Assembly: GCA_035552915.1 (NCBI GenBank)
Contig: DATNEQ010000021.1
Span: forward strand, 7,031-71,030
Length of the DNA stretch: 64,000 nucleotides
Source: Rhodanobacteraceae bacterium
Lineage (GTDB): Bacteria > Pseudomonadota > Gammaproteobacteria > Xanthomonadales > Rhodanobacteraceae
Direction of reading: 5' to 3'
The position numbers and the translations under genes are program-made. The notes beneath the pieces are model-generated. The model searched no databases and was not told the DNA's origin. It saw only the letters and a list, made by a program, of their open reading frames with translations. Positions 17,814 through 27,064 of this stretch are shown in pieces (position 1 is the stretch's first letter; each line of letters starts with the position of its first letter).

Positions 17814-17973
17814 GAATCGCCGCAAAGCGTAGCGAGCGAAGGCAAGTTGCGCGACGCCGGAGCGCAGGAACCGGAGTGTACACGTCAGTACATGAGGTCG
17901 AAATTCGCGCAAGCGAATTGAGGGAGCACCGCCGGAGTGCAAGCTGCCGAGCGCACTAGTTTTGCGGCGATTC
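17814..17973. repeat. REP/MITE-like structured intergenic element with 13-bp terminal inverted repeats
   Basis: gaatcgccgcaaa (17814-17826) is the exact reverse complement of tttgcggcgattc (17961-17973). Internal hairpins: aattcgc-gcaa-gcgaatt at 17902-17919 and tgtac...gtaca at 17877-17892. There are three direct copies of ccggagYGYA (17857, 17871, 17932). Confidence 0.6.
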
Positions 17974-18982
17974 AGGGCGCAAACCGCGACAGCGGCAGAC
18001 CGAGCCATTCCAGCGCCGTGCCGTGGAACAGCCGCGCGCGCGCCTCGTCGTCGGGGTGCAGCGCTTCGATGCCGCTGCCCGGTTCCTGCTCGCCGAGCGG
18101 GAACGGATAATCGGTGCCGAGCATCACGCGCCCACTGCCGACGGCGTCGAGCAGGTAGCGCAGCGCCAGCGGGTCGTGCACGCAGGAGTCGAAGAACATC
18201 CGCGCGAGATATTCGCGCGGATTGCGCGCGTTGTCGGTGGCAACCAGGTCGGGGCGCATGCGATAACCGTGCTCGATGCGGCCGATGGTGTAGGGGAACG
18301 AGCCGCCGCCGTGCGCGAAGGCCACGCGCAGCGCGGGCAGGCGCTCCAGCACGCCGCCGAAGATCAGGCAGCAGGCCGCGCGCGACTGCTCGGCCGGCAT
18401 GCCGACCAGCCAGGGCAGCCAGTATTTCGGCATCGACTCCTTTCCCATCATGTCCCAGGGATGCACCAGGATCGCCGCGCCGAGATCGGCCGCGGCCTCG
18501 AAGAACGGGAACAGTTCCGGTGCGTCGAGGTTCCAGTCCTCGATGTGCGAGCCGATCTGCACGCCCTGCAGGCCGAGTTGCTCCACGCAGCGTTCCATCT
18601 CCTCGATCGCCAGCCGCGGCGATTGCAGCGGCACCGTGCCGATGCCGGCATAGTGCTTCGGGAAATCGCGGCAGATGCCGGCGGTGTGGTCGTTGAGATG
18701 GCGGTGCAGCTCCAGCGCCTCGTTGGGCTTCGACCCGTACGAGAACATCACCGGCACGGTGGAAATCACCTGCACGTCCACGCCGTGGCGCGCGTAGTCG
18801 GCGATGCGGTATTCGGCGTCGAAGGCGTTTTGCCAGATCTCGCGGAAGAACTTGCCGTCCTTGTAGATGCGGTGGCGGCCGTCCGAGCGCACCATCACCG
18901 GAAAGCGGTCGTCACCGTATTTCGCGGCGAGGTCCGGCCACTCGGCGGGAAGGATGTGCGCGTGGGTGTCGATCTTGAGCAT
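17972..18982 (-). CDS. 2-amino-3-carboxymuconate-6-semialdehyde decarboxylase (amidohydrolase_2 family)
   Basis: Start moved to MLKIDTHAHILPAEWPDL, which closely resembles the ACMSD N-terminus. Also contains HPWDMMG and AFAHGGGSFPYTIGR. Confidence 0.88.
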   Translation of the reverse strand: MLKIDTHAHILPAEWPDLAAKYGDDRFPVMVRSDGRHRIYKDGKFFREIWQNAFDAEYRIADYARHGVDVQVISTVPVMFSYGSKPNEALELHRHLNDHTAGICRDFPKHYAGIGTVPLQSPRLAIEEMERCVEQLGLQGVQIGSHIEDWNLDAPELFPFFEAAADLGAAILVHPWDMMGKESMPKYWLPWLVGMPAEQSRAACCLIFGGVLERLPALRVAFAHGGGSFPYTIGRIEHGYRMRPDLVATDNARNPREYLARMFFDSCVHDPLALRYLLDAVGSGRVMLGTDYPFPLGEQEPGSGIEALHPDDEARARLFHGTALEWLGLPLSRFAP

Positions 18983-19101
18983 CGCCCAAGTATAAGCGTC
19001 GAGCTGGTGAAAATCGGGAAAGGCTCGGCGACGGGGCAGGCAACAGGCTCGCGCTTGCGTGGCGCGGCACATGGAAGGACACTTGCCGACGGGAGACCGG
19101 C

Positions 19102-20937
19102 ATGCCGCCGGTGGGGCAGGGAAAGATCGTGGCGACGGCCCGATCATTCTTCGCGGAACTCAAGCGCCGCAACGTGCTGCGCGCGGCGGTGCTCTACATC
19201 GGTGCGGTGTGGGCGCTGGCGCAGGGCATCGCGCAACTGGGGCCGAGTTTTGGCGCGCCGGAGTGGATCACGCGCGGTTTCGTGATCGCCGCCGCGGTCG
19301 GTTTTCCCTTCTGGCTCGCTTTCGCGTGGATCTATCAAGTCACAGCGCACGGCCTGAAGCGCGAAAGCGAAATGGAGCCCGGCGAATCGGCTGTGCGCGG
19401 AACCGGCCGCAAGCTCGATTTCGCGATCATCGCCGTGCTCGCGGTCGCGGTGCTCCTGTTGCTGGGTAATCAGTTCCTGTGGCACAAGGGCATCGCGATC
19501 GCGCCGGTCGCGTCGGTCCGGACCGGGGTGAAGGTCCCGCAGAAGTCCGTCGCGGTGCTGCCATTCGCCAACGAGAGCGGCAAACCCGGCGAACAATTCT
19601 TCTCGGACGGGCTGTCGGAAGACTTGATCACCGCGTTGTCGCAGATCGACGATCTGAAAGTGATCAGCCGTTATTCGGCGTTCCAGTTCCGCGACAGCAA
19701 GGACGACGCGAAGACCATCGGCGGCAAGCTCGGCGTCGCGCATCTGCTGGAAGGCAGCGTGCAGCATGCGCAGACTGCAGTGCGGATCACCGTCACGCTG
19801 GTCAATGCCGCCGACGGCAGCATCGTGTGGTCGCGGCGTTACGACAAGCCGTACCAGGATCTCTTCGCGTTGCAGGATGAGATCACCAACGCCGTCGCCG
19901 ATGCGTTGAAGGCGAAGCTGAGCGCGCCCGGCACGGTGGTGCAAAGCGATCGCCCGCCGGGCGGCAATCTCGCCGCCTACGCGGCCTACAAGCACGGACG
20001 CGCCTACGGGGCGCTAGGCAATGAAGCCGACATGCGCCGCTCGATCGATGCCTTCGAGGAGGCCATCAGGCTCGATCCGCGCTACGCGGCCGCGTATGCG
20101 CGACTGTCCCTCGCATGGAACGCGCTGGCCGCACAGACCCTGGGAGGCAAGGAGGCGGCGGCGGCGAATGCGCGGGCGCGCGATGCGGTGGATACCGCGC
20201 TGAGGCTGGATCCGGATTCTTCGCTTGCGCACCGGTCGCATGCCTATCTGCTGCTCAACGTCGACATGGACTGGCCGGGCGCCGAGGCCGAGATGCGGCG
20301 CGCGCTGGCACTCGCACCGAACGATGCGGTGACGCAGTTCGATCACGCTGTCGCACTGGCCTCGCTGGGGCAGGTACGACGGGCCGTGGCGCTGACGCGG
20401 CAAGCCTTGGTCACCGATCCCCGCGACGACGATTCGTATTACTGGCTAGGGTTTTATCTGGCCGGATTGGGGCGGCTCGACGAAGCGCGGGAGGCGATCG
20501 GCACCGCGATCTCACTGCAACCCGGAACAGATGGCTATCACGGGCAGCTCGCGATCATCGAAGTCCTGCGAGGCGATGCCACGGCTGCGCTCGCCGCCGC
20601 GAAGCAGGAATCACCCGGCGGCTTGTGGCACGACGCGGCCGTCGCACTGGCATCGCAGATCGGTTCCGATCGCAACGCGGCGGATGCCGCATTCGACAAA
20701 CTGCTTGCCGGACACGCCGACGATGGCGCGTATCAGATCGCCCAGGTGCATGCGCTGCGCCGCGATCCGGACAAGATGTTCCAGTGGCTGGAACGCGCCT
20801 TGGGCAACCGCGACCCCGGCATCGGCTACCTGCTCTCGGATCCCTTCATCCTGCGCTACCGCGACGACCCGCGCTTCGCCGCGTTCTGCAAGAAAGTCGG
20901 ATTGCCGACGGCCACCGATGCGGTGGCGATGAAGTGA
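19102..20937 (+). CDS. membrane-anchored TolB-N-like domain plus TPR protein (paralog 1)
   Basis: N-terminus FAELKRRNVLRAAVLY with two hydrophobic segments. Then SVAVLPFANESGKPGEQFFSDGLSEDLITALSQ...LKVISRYSAFQFR...GVAHLLEGSV, followed by TPR-like repeats to the C-terminus. Confidence 0.85.
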   Translation: MPPVGQGKIVATARSFFAELKRRNVLRAAVLYIGAVWALAQGIAQLGPSFGAPEWITRGFVIAAAVGFPFWLAFAWIYQVTAHGLKRESEMEPGESAVRGTGRKLDFAIIAVLAVAVLLLLGNQFLWHKGIAIAPVASVRTGVKVPQKSVAVLPFANESGKPGEQFFSDGLSEDLITALSQIDDLKVISRYSAFQFRDSKDDAKTIGGKLGVAHLLEGSVQHAQTAVRITVTLVNAADGSIVWSRRYDKPYQDLFALQDEITNAVADALKAKLSAPGTVVQSDRPPGGNLAAYAAYKHGRAYGALGNEADMRRSIDAFEEAIRLDPRYAAAYARLSLAWNALAAQTLGGKEAAAANARARDAVDTALRLDPDSSLAHRSHAYLLLNVDMDWPGAEAEMRRALALAPNDAVTQFDHAVALASLGQVRRAVALTRQALVTDPRDDDSYYWLGFYLAGLGRLDEAREAIGTAISLQPGTDGYHGQLAIIEVLRGDATAALAAAKQESPGGLWHDAAVALASQIGSDRNAADAAFDKLLAGHADDGAYQIAQVHALRRDPDKMFQWLERALGNRDPGIGYLLSDPFILRYRDDPRFAAFCKKVGLPTATDAVAMK

Positions 20938-22805
20938 ACAATCGCGAGCCGGGCCAGCCGACGGTTTTCTCCGAGCTCAGGCGCCGGAACGTCGTGCGCG
21001 CGACCGTGTTGTACGGGGGTGCGGTGTGGGTGATCTCGCAGGGCATCGCGCAACTATCGCCGGCACTCGGCTTGCCGGATTGGGCGACCCGCGCGTTCCT
21101 GGTTGCCGCCGCGCTGGGCCTGCCGTTCTGGATCGCGTTCGCGTGGATTTACGAGCTGACGCCGCAGGGCATCCGTCGCGAAAGCGGTGTCGCAGTGGAT
21201 CAGTCCGTCACGCGCCGCACCGGCCGCAAGCTGGATTTCGCGATCATCGCGGTGCTGGCGGTGGCCGTGCTGCTGTTGTTGGGCAACCAGTTCCTGTGGC
21301 ACAAGGGTGTCACGCCGACAACGCCGTCGGTTTCCGCGATGGCGACCGCGTCCGTTGCGCCCGTCGTGTCCGCAGTGCCGGTCATTCCGGCTTCGGCCAT
21401 TCCCGCCAAATCCGTTGCGGTGCTGCCGTTCGCGAACGAGAGCGGCAAGGCGGACGAACAGTTCTTCTCCGACGGTTTGTCCGAAGATCTGATCACCGCG
21501 CTGTCGCAATTCGCGGGTTTGAAGGTCATCAGCCGCAACTCGGCCTTCCAGTTCCGAAACAGCAAGGACACTTCTGCCGAGATCGGCAAGCTGCTCGGCG
21601 TGGCGCACCTGCTGGAAGGCAGCGTGCAGCACGCGCAGGACGAAGTGCGCATCACCGCGACATTGGTGAACGCGACCGACGGTACCGTCCTGTGGTCGCA
21701 ACGCTACGACAAACCGTACAAGGAGCTGTTCGCGCTGCAGGACGACATCACGCAGGCTGTGGCGGATGCATTGAAGGCGAAGCTGCTCGTTGCATCGGGT
21801 GCAGTCGTCCAGAGCGATCGTCCGCCCAGCGGCAATCTCGACGCCTATGCCGCATATCAGCACGGCATCGCCTATGACGTGCTCGCTACCGAAGCCAGCG
21901 AGCACCAGGCCATCGACGCGTTCGGCGAGGCGATCCACATCGACCCGAAGTACGCGGCGGCATACGCGCGGCTGGCCTTCGCGTGGACCAACCTCGCCGC
22001 TTCGTTCCTGAATGACAGCGCGAAAATCGCACAGGCCAAGACTGAGGCGCACAACGCGGCCGACACTGCGCTCAAGCTGGACCCGGGTTCCGCGCTGGCC
22101 CATCTGGCGCGCGGGTTTGTGCTCCAGAATGCCGACCTGGACTGGACCGGCGCCGAGACCGAATACCGGCGCGCCCTGCAACTTGCTCCCAATGATGCGG
22201 GGGCGCTCTTCAGACTGGGCAACATGCTGGCCATTCAGGGACAACTGCAGACAGCTTCGACGCTGACCCGGCAGGCACTCGCGGCCGATCCTCGCCATGC
22301 CGACTGGTACAAGTGGTTGAGCGCCTATCTCGCCGCGTTGGGCAAGCTGGATGATGCCAGACAGGCGATCGGCACCGCGATTGCCCTTCACCCCAACGGA
22401 ACATTCAACTACGCGCACCTCGCGATCATTGAAATCCTGCGTGGTGATGCCAAGGGCGCGCTGGCCGCGGCACTGCAGGAGCCGGCCGGCGGGTGGCGTG
22501 AAACGGCCTTGGCGCTCGCCATGCAGATCGGTTCCGATCGCTCGGCGGCCGATGTCGCGCTCAAGAAACTGATTGCCAACCATGCCGGCGACAGCGCCTA
22601 CCAGATCGCCGAGGCGTATGCCTTGCGCCGCGACCAGGCTGTGATGTTCCACTGGCTGGATCGCGCCCGCGCCAACCGCGACCCCGGCATCGGTTTTCTG
22701 CTCTTCGACCCTATCATCCTGCGTTACCGCGACGACCCGCGTTTTGCCGCGTTTTGCAAGAAAATCGGATTGCCGACGGCCACCGATGCCGTCGCGATGA
22801 AGTAG
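20934..22805 (+). CDS. membrane-anchored TolB-N-like domain plus TPR protein (paralog 2, tandem duplicate)
   Basis: Same architecture as paralog 1, with long near-identical blocks (RTGRKLDFAIIAVLAVAVLLLLGNQFLWHKG; ILRYRDDPRFAAFCKK[VI]GLPTATDAVAMK). Inferred GTG start at 20934 overlapping the paralog-1 stop (GTGA). Confidence 0.85.
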   Translation: MNNREPGQPTVFSELRRRNVVRATVLYGGAVWVISQGIAQLSPALGLPDWATRAFLVAAALGLPFWIAFAWIYELTPQGIRRESGVAVDQSVTRRTGRKLDFAIIAVLAVAVLLLLGNQFLWHKGVTPTTPSVSAMATASVAPVVSAVPVIPASAIPAKSVAVLPFANESGKADEQFFSDGLSEDLITALSQFAGLKVISRNSAFQFRNSKDTSAEIGKLLGVAHLLEGSVQHAQDEVRITATLVNATDGTVLWSQRYDKPYKELFALQDDITQAVADALKAKLLVASGAVVQSDRPPSGNLDAYAAYQHGIAYDVLATEASEHQAIDAFGEAIHIDPKYAAAYARLAFAWTNLAASFLNDSAKIAQAKTEAHNAADTALKLDPGSALAHLARGFVLQNADLDWTGAETEYRRALQLAPNDAGALFRLGNMLAIQGQLQTASTLTRQALAADPRHADWYKWLSAYLAALGKLDDARQAIGTAIALHPNGTFNYAHLAIIEILRGDAKGALAAALQEPAGGWRETALALAMQIGSDRSAADVALKKLIANHAGDSAYQIAEAYALRRDQAVMFHWLDRARANRDPGIGFLLFDPIILRYRDDPRFAAFCKKIGLPTATDAVAMK

Positions 22806-22810
22806 GAAAA

Positions 22811-24142
22811 CTAGTGCGCCGCGCCGGGCTTCCGGAAGTCGTCGAGTCCGAACACGTGGCGCATCGCGGCGATCGCGTCCTGCTGCGTCCACGTGCGCGT
22901 CGTGCTTTGTCCGGTCGCGGCGAAATAAGCGCGCATGAATTGCCGGCCGAGCTCCGGCTGGATGCCGGGTGGTCGCGAGCGATCGCCGGAAATGCCGAGC
23001 GTCGGGCCGAGTGTTTCGAGCAGGCCGCGCAGCGGCCGTCCGCGCACGACGAGATTGCCGTCCCAGTCGATGAACGGATCGGCGAGCGCGATGGAAGTCA
23101 GTCGCGCCTGCGACAGCGTTGGGATATTCATGCCCCACGTCGCATTCATCGTCCGGATGAACGCATTGGCGATCAGGGCATGGCCGATGTCGGACGGATG
23201 CACGCCGTCGAGGCTCAGCAGGCCGCCGTTGTAGCGCAGCAGCAGCGGAACGCCGTCGATCACCGGCGGGTGCGCGGCGAACTGGTTCAACAGTCCGTGG
23301 ATGTCCACCACCGGCATGCCGGCCGCGGCGGCGTCTTCCGCGATCGTCTGGTTGTAGCCGTCGGTGGCGTCCTGCATCTTCGCGATTTCCGTTGCGTCGA
23401 GCACCCACGACGGATCACGCAGGATCGTCGGCGGCAGCAGCCCCATGCGGATCATCAGCATCGCGACGATGCTGGTATAGCTGCCTTCCGGGAGGCCGTA
23501 AGAATCGCCGAGGAAGAGTTTCAGGTCTTCCGGCGACATCAGGAAGCCGATCCGGGTGACGTCCGGGATGTTGGCGAACACGACCTTGTCGTTCCAGCCG
23601 GTCAGGCCGCGCACGATCGACTGATAGTTGTCGGCGAACACGTCCTGCGGCGTGATCTGGCTGGCGTCCATGTGGTCGAACGCGAGCGCGGCGCCGAGCA
23701 CGTCGTTGTTGCCGATCCAGCACGCGACCAATGGTGCGCGCGATCGCTGCGCGATTTCGATCTGGGTTCCGGTGCGCGGCATCTCGACGAGGTCGATCTC
23801 AGCGTCGATGGGCCAGCCGGCGCGGTCGATCAGGATCGAGCTGCTGTCGGCGCCGGAGACCGCCAGGTCGGCCGGCAATGCCATCGGGTCGATGCGGGAA
23901 CGGCCCGTGGTCGAGCCCACCACGCCCATCGGGCTCGTGCGGATCAGCGGCAGGGTGAACGGATCGCCGAGCTGCGCGGCGACAAGCGCCAGATACGTGT
24001 TCGGCTGGGTCGACGCATTCGCATCGGCGGATTGGACGCCTTCGCCGATGCTGTCGCCGAGGCCGATGAATGGCGGGGGAGCTGCGTTCGCGGTCGCGGC
24101 TGCGGCGAGGCAAATCGATGCGGCAACGAGTTTGCGGATCAT
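22811..24142 (-). CDS. secreted SGNH/GDSL-family hydrolase (lipase/esterase-like)
   Basis: Start moved to MIRKLVAASICLAAAATANA (signal peptide). Block I GLGDSIGEG, GNND block, catalytic DGVHPS near the C-terminal third. Confidence 0.8.
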   Translation of the reverse strand: MIRKLVAASICLAAAATANAAPPPFIGLGDSIGEGVQSADANASTQPNTYLALVAAQLGDPFTLPLIRTSPMGVVGSTTGRSRIDPMALPADLAVSGADSSSILIDRAGWPIDAEIDLVEMPRTGTQIEIAQRSRAPLVACWIGNNDVLGAALAFDHMDASQITPQDVFADNYQSIVRGLTGWNDKVVFANIPDVTRIGFLMSPEDLKLFLGDSYGLPEGSYTSIVAMLMIRMGLLPPTILRDPSWVLDATEIAKMQDATDGYNQTIAEDAAAAGMPVVDIHGLLNQFAAHPPVIDGVPLLLRYNGGLLSLDGVHPSDIGHALIANAFIRTMNATWGMNIPTLSQARLTSIALADPFIDWDGNLVVRGRPLRGLLETLGPTLGISGDRSRPPGIQPELGRQFMRAYFAATGQSTTRTWTQQDAIAAMRHVFGLDDFRKPGAAH

Positions 24143-24326
24143 GACAGTCTCCTGATGCGGCCGATCCTGATGGGCTTGCCGAAAAGGTTCCTCCCGACAG
24201 TCCCGCATCAAGTATAGGAGGTCGCATGGCTGCCACTCGGCCTCGTCTGCATCGCGCGTTTCCGGGTCGTGTTCCGGATCGCGGGCAGGGAAACGATTGT
24301 CCGCCCGTGCTGCCGACGCTCTCCGA

Positions 24327-26438
24327 TCAGTGGCCACCCGCGATCGCGGGATCGGATTGCAGCACGTGCAGCAGGCTGTCGATCGCGTCCACGATGCGGT
24401 CGCTGGATTCGCGCAGCGCCGCGGCGAGCGCGGCCGGCGGTGGCTGTGCATCCAACGCGGCGATCAGTTCCAATTGCGCATCGCGCAGGCGGAACGATCG
24501 TGCCGGCACGTCGTGGTCGCGCAGGGCGCGCGAAACCTCCGTGAGTGCGGCTGCGCAGCTTTCCGCGAAGGCCTGCACCTGTGGCGGCAGCGGCTGGTCC
24601 GGCGAATCCGCGCGCGCGACTTCCAGCGTCATCGCCGCGCGCGCGACGCGATTGGCGTTCGCGACCAGCGCCCCGGCGCGTTCGAGCGGGGCGCTGCCGC
24701 GCGGTTCCTGGCGCAGGCGCTCCAGCGATGCCTGGGCATTGCTGCGCGCGGTGCGCATGGCGACGCGGGTTTCGAAACGCGCGCGCGCATCGCCGTGCAT
24801 CACCGCGCGCAGATAGTCGCGGTAGGCATCCAGCATCGCCGCCAATACCTCGCGCTCCCGTCCGCGTTCCCAGGTCGGCCACAACAGGTAGGCGGCGAGC
24901 GCGAGCGCGCTGCCGAGGACGGTATCGACCGCGCGCGCGGCCATCGAGGCTTCGGGCGCCACGCCGTAGAACGAAAGCAGGATCACAACCAGGCCGGTGA
25001 GACAGGCCACGCCGATGCCGTAATGCACAGTGGCGAGCAACCGGTACGCGAAGCAGAGCACGGTGAACAGCGCCAGCGCGGACCAGAAATCGGTGAACCC
25101 GAAATGCAGCAGCGCGGTGGTCAGCAACAGGCCGCTCAGGGTTCCGGCGATGCGCAGCAGCCCGAAGCGCCAGGTCGCGCCGAAATCCGCGCGCAGCACG
25201 ATTGCCACCGTCATCGGCATCCAGTAACCGCGCGAAAGCGGCAGGACGTGCGAAAGCAACAGCGCCAACAACAGGCAGGCGCCGGTGCGCACCGCGTGCC
25301 GGAAGGCCGCCGAGTGGATGTTGATGTTGGCGCGCAGGGTCGCCAATGGATTCGCCGGTCGCAGTGCCCGCGGCAACGCGAATTCGGCGCGTTGCGCCAG
25401 CAGTTCGCCGCGGCTGCCGGCAATGGCGGCATTGCGCGCCGCGGCGCGCAACTGGCCGCCCAGTGCGCTGGCGCGCGCGTCGGCGATCTGCGCGATCCAG
25501 TTCTCCGCGCCGTCGGCGTCGCGCCATTCCTCGAGCAGTTCGGCGGCGGCGGCGTAGTGTGCGAGCGCGCTTTCGGCGCGCGGCGACGCGCCTTGCTCCA
25601 GTGCGGCTGCGAGCCTGTCCAGCACGGCGGCCGCGGACTGCCGCACCGCCTGCAAGACGTCGCGCTGCGAAGGCGATGAGCAATTCGATTGCAGATCGGC
25701 CAGCGCGAGCAGTTCGATGCACATGCGTTCGGCCAGCTCGGTGAGAACCTGGAAGGCCTCGACCGCGCGACCGCGCGCGCGACCGCTGCCGTACAACAAG
25801 GCCTGCAGATCATTGAACGAAGGCGGCAACGGCGCGCCCTCGTCGCGCGCCAGTCGTTGGCGGCCGAGCGCGGACAATGCGCGCAACGCATCGGCCACCG
25901 CCAGGCGTTCCGGGCGATAGCGTTGCAGTGGCCACGCCGCGATCGCGAACAACGTCTGCAACACGCCGCCGCCGAAAATCAGCAGCGCCGCCGGCAACGC
26001 TTGCGCACCCGACAGCGGTTCGGCGCCCATCACCACCAGCAGGATCATGCTGATCAATCCCGCGCGCGTCGCATGCGGTCCCAGCGCGACCAGCAGCGCA
26101 GCGGCGAAACCCCACACCGCGACGGCGACCAGCAACGCCAGCGGCCATTCTCCCAGCACCGCGCCGACGAACGCCGCGGCACCGGCTACGAGCGCGGTGA
26201 GCAGCAGCCGCAATGCACGCAGCCGATACGGGCCCGGCTGGTCGGCGAACATGGTGTTCAGCGCGCCGGCGGAAATGCCGAGGGCCGCCGCGGGGTGACC
26301 GGTGACCGCACCGAGCGCAAGCGGCAGCACGATGGCGGCGGTGTTGCGCGCCGCCACCGGCCAGGGCACGTCCGGCCGCTGCACCTGCAGCAGGGTGTGC
26401 ACCAGCGGGGATTCGCGCAGCCGCGAGGCCAGGTTCAT
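24327..26438 (-). CDS. FUSC-family (YccS/YhfK-like) integral membrane protein
   Basis: Start moved to MNLASRLRESPL. Two blocks of multiple TM helices are separated and followed by long helical soluble regions, as in fusaric-acid-resistance-like proteins. Confidence 0.75.
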   Translation of the reverse strand: MNLASRLRESPLVHTLLQVQRPDVPWPVAARNTAAIVLPLALGAVTGHPAAALGISAGALNTMFADQPGPYRLRALRLLLTALVAGAAAFVGAVLGEWPLALLVAVAVWGFAAALLVALGPHATRAGLISMILLVVMGAEPLSGAQALPAALLIFGGGVLQTLFAIAAWPLQRYRPERLAVADALRALSALGRQRLARDEGAPLPPSFNDLQALLYGSGRARGRAVEAFQVLTELAERMCIELLALADLQSNCSSPSQRDVLQAVRQSAAAVLDRLAAALEQGASPRAESALAHYAAAAELLEEWRDADGAENWIAQIADARASALGGQLRAAARNAAIAGSRGELLAQRAEFALPRALRPANPLATLRANINIHSAAFRHAVRTGACLLLALLLSHVLPLSRGYWMPMTVAIVLRADFGATWRFGLLRIAGTLSGLLLTTALLHFGFTDFWSALALFTVLCFAYRLLATVHYGIGVACLTGLVVILLSFYGVAPEASMAARAVDTVLGSALALAAYLLWPTWERGREREVLAAMLDAYRDYLRAVMHGDARARFETRVAMRTARSNAQASLERLRQEPRGSAPLERAGALVANANRVARAAMTLEVARADSPDQPLPPQVQAFAESCAAALTEVSRALRDHDVPARSFRLRDAQLELIAALDAQPPPAALAAALRESSDRIVDAIDSLLHVLQSDPAIAGGH

Positions 26439-26469
26439 GCGCGCATTCTGCCGTGCGCGGCCTCCGGCT

Positions 26470-26991
26470 TCAGCGATATTTCTCCGGCGCCGCGTCGACA
26501 TGGCCGCAGGCCTTGCAGGTACGCGCGTCGAGCGAGCGGTAGTAGCGTTCGAACACCGGCGGGAAATCCTGCTCGATGCTCTGCAGCACGAAAAACTCCT
26601 CGTACAGCTTGCGGTTGCAGCGCTCGCAGAACCACAGCAATCCATCCTGTTCGTGCGGCAGGCGGCGTCGTTCGATCACCAGACCGATCGAATCCGGCAT
26701 GCGCTGCGGCGAGTGCGGCGTGCGCGGTGGCAGGTAGAACACTTCGCCGGCGTGGATCGGGATGTCGCGGCGTTCGTTGTTGTCCTGCACGCGCAGCAGC
26801 ATCTCGCCTTCGAGCTGATGGAAGAATTCCGGACCTTCGTCCCAGTGGTAGTCGCTGCGCGCGTTCGGTCCGCCGACGATCATCACGATGAAATCGCCGT
26901 CGACGATGCACTTGTTGCCGACCGGCGGCTTCAAAAGGTGCCGGTGCTCCTCGATCCAGCGTTGCAGGTTGATCGGCGGCGTGAGGCTCAT
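26470..26991 (-). CDS. 3-hydroxyanthranilate 3,4-dioxygenase
   Basis: Start moved to [16 protein letters not shown]. Cupin core [16 protein letters not shown]...PHSPQR and a C-terminal CxxC...CxxC (CERCN...CKACG) rubredoxin-like site. Confidence 0.9.
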   Translation of the reverse strand: MSLTPPINLQRWIEEHRHLLKPPVGNKCIVDGDFIVMIVGGPNARSDYHWDEGPEFFHQLEGEMLLRVQDNNERRDIPIHAGEVFYLPPRTPHSPQRMPDSIGLVIERRRLPHEQDGLLWFCERCNRKLYEEFFVLQSIEQDFPPVFERYYRSLDARTCKACGHVDAAPEKYR

Positions 26992-27064
26992 GGCGGAAAC
27001 TTCGCTGGGCGCAGCGCATACCTTAGCGCCGCGGCGGCCGCGGCGGAACCGTCGCGTGGTCTCA

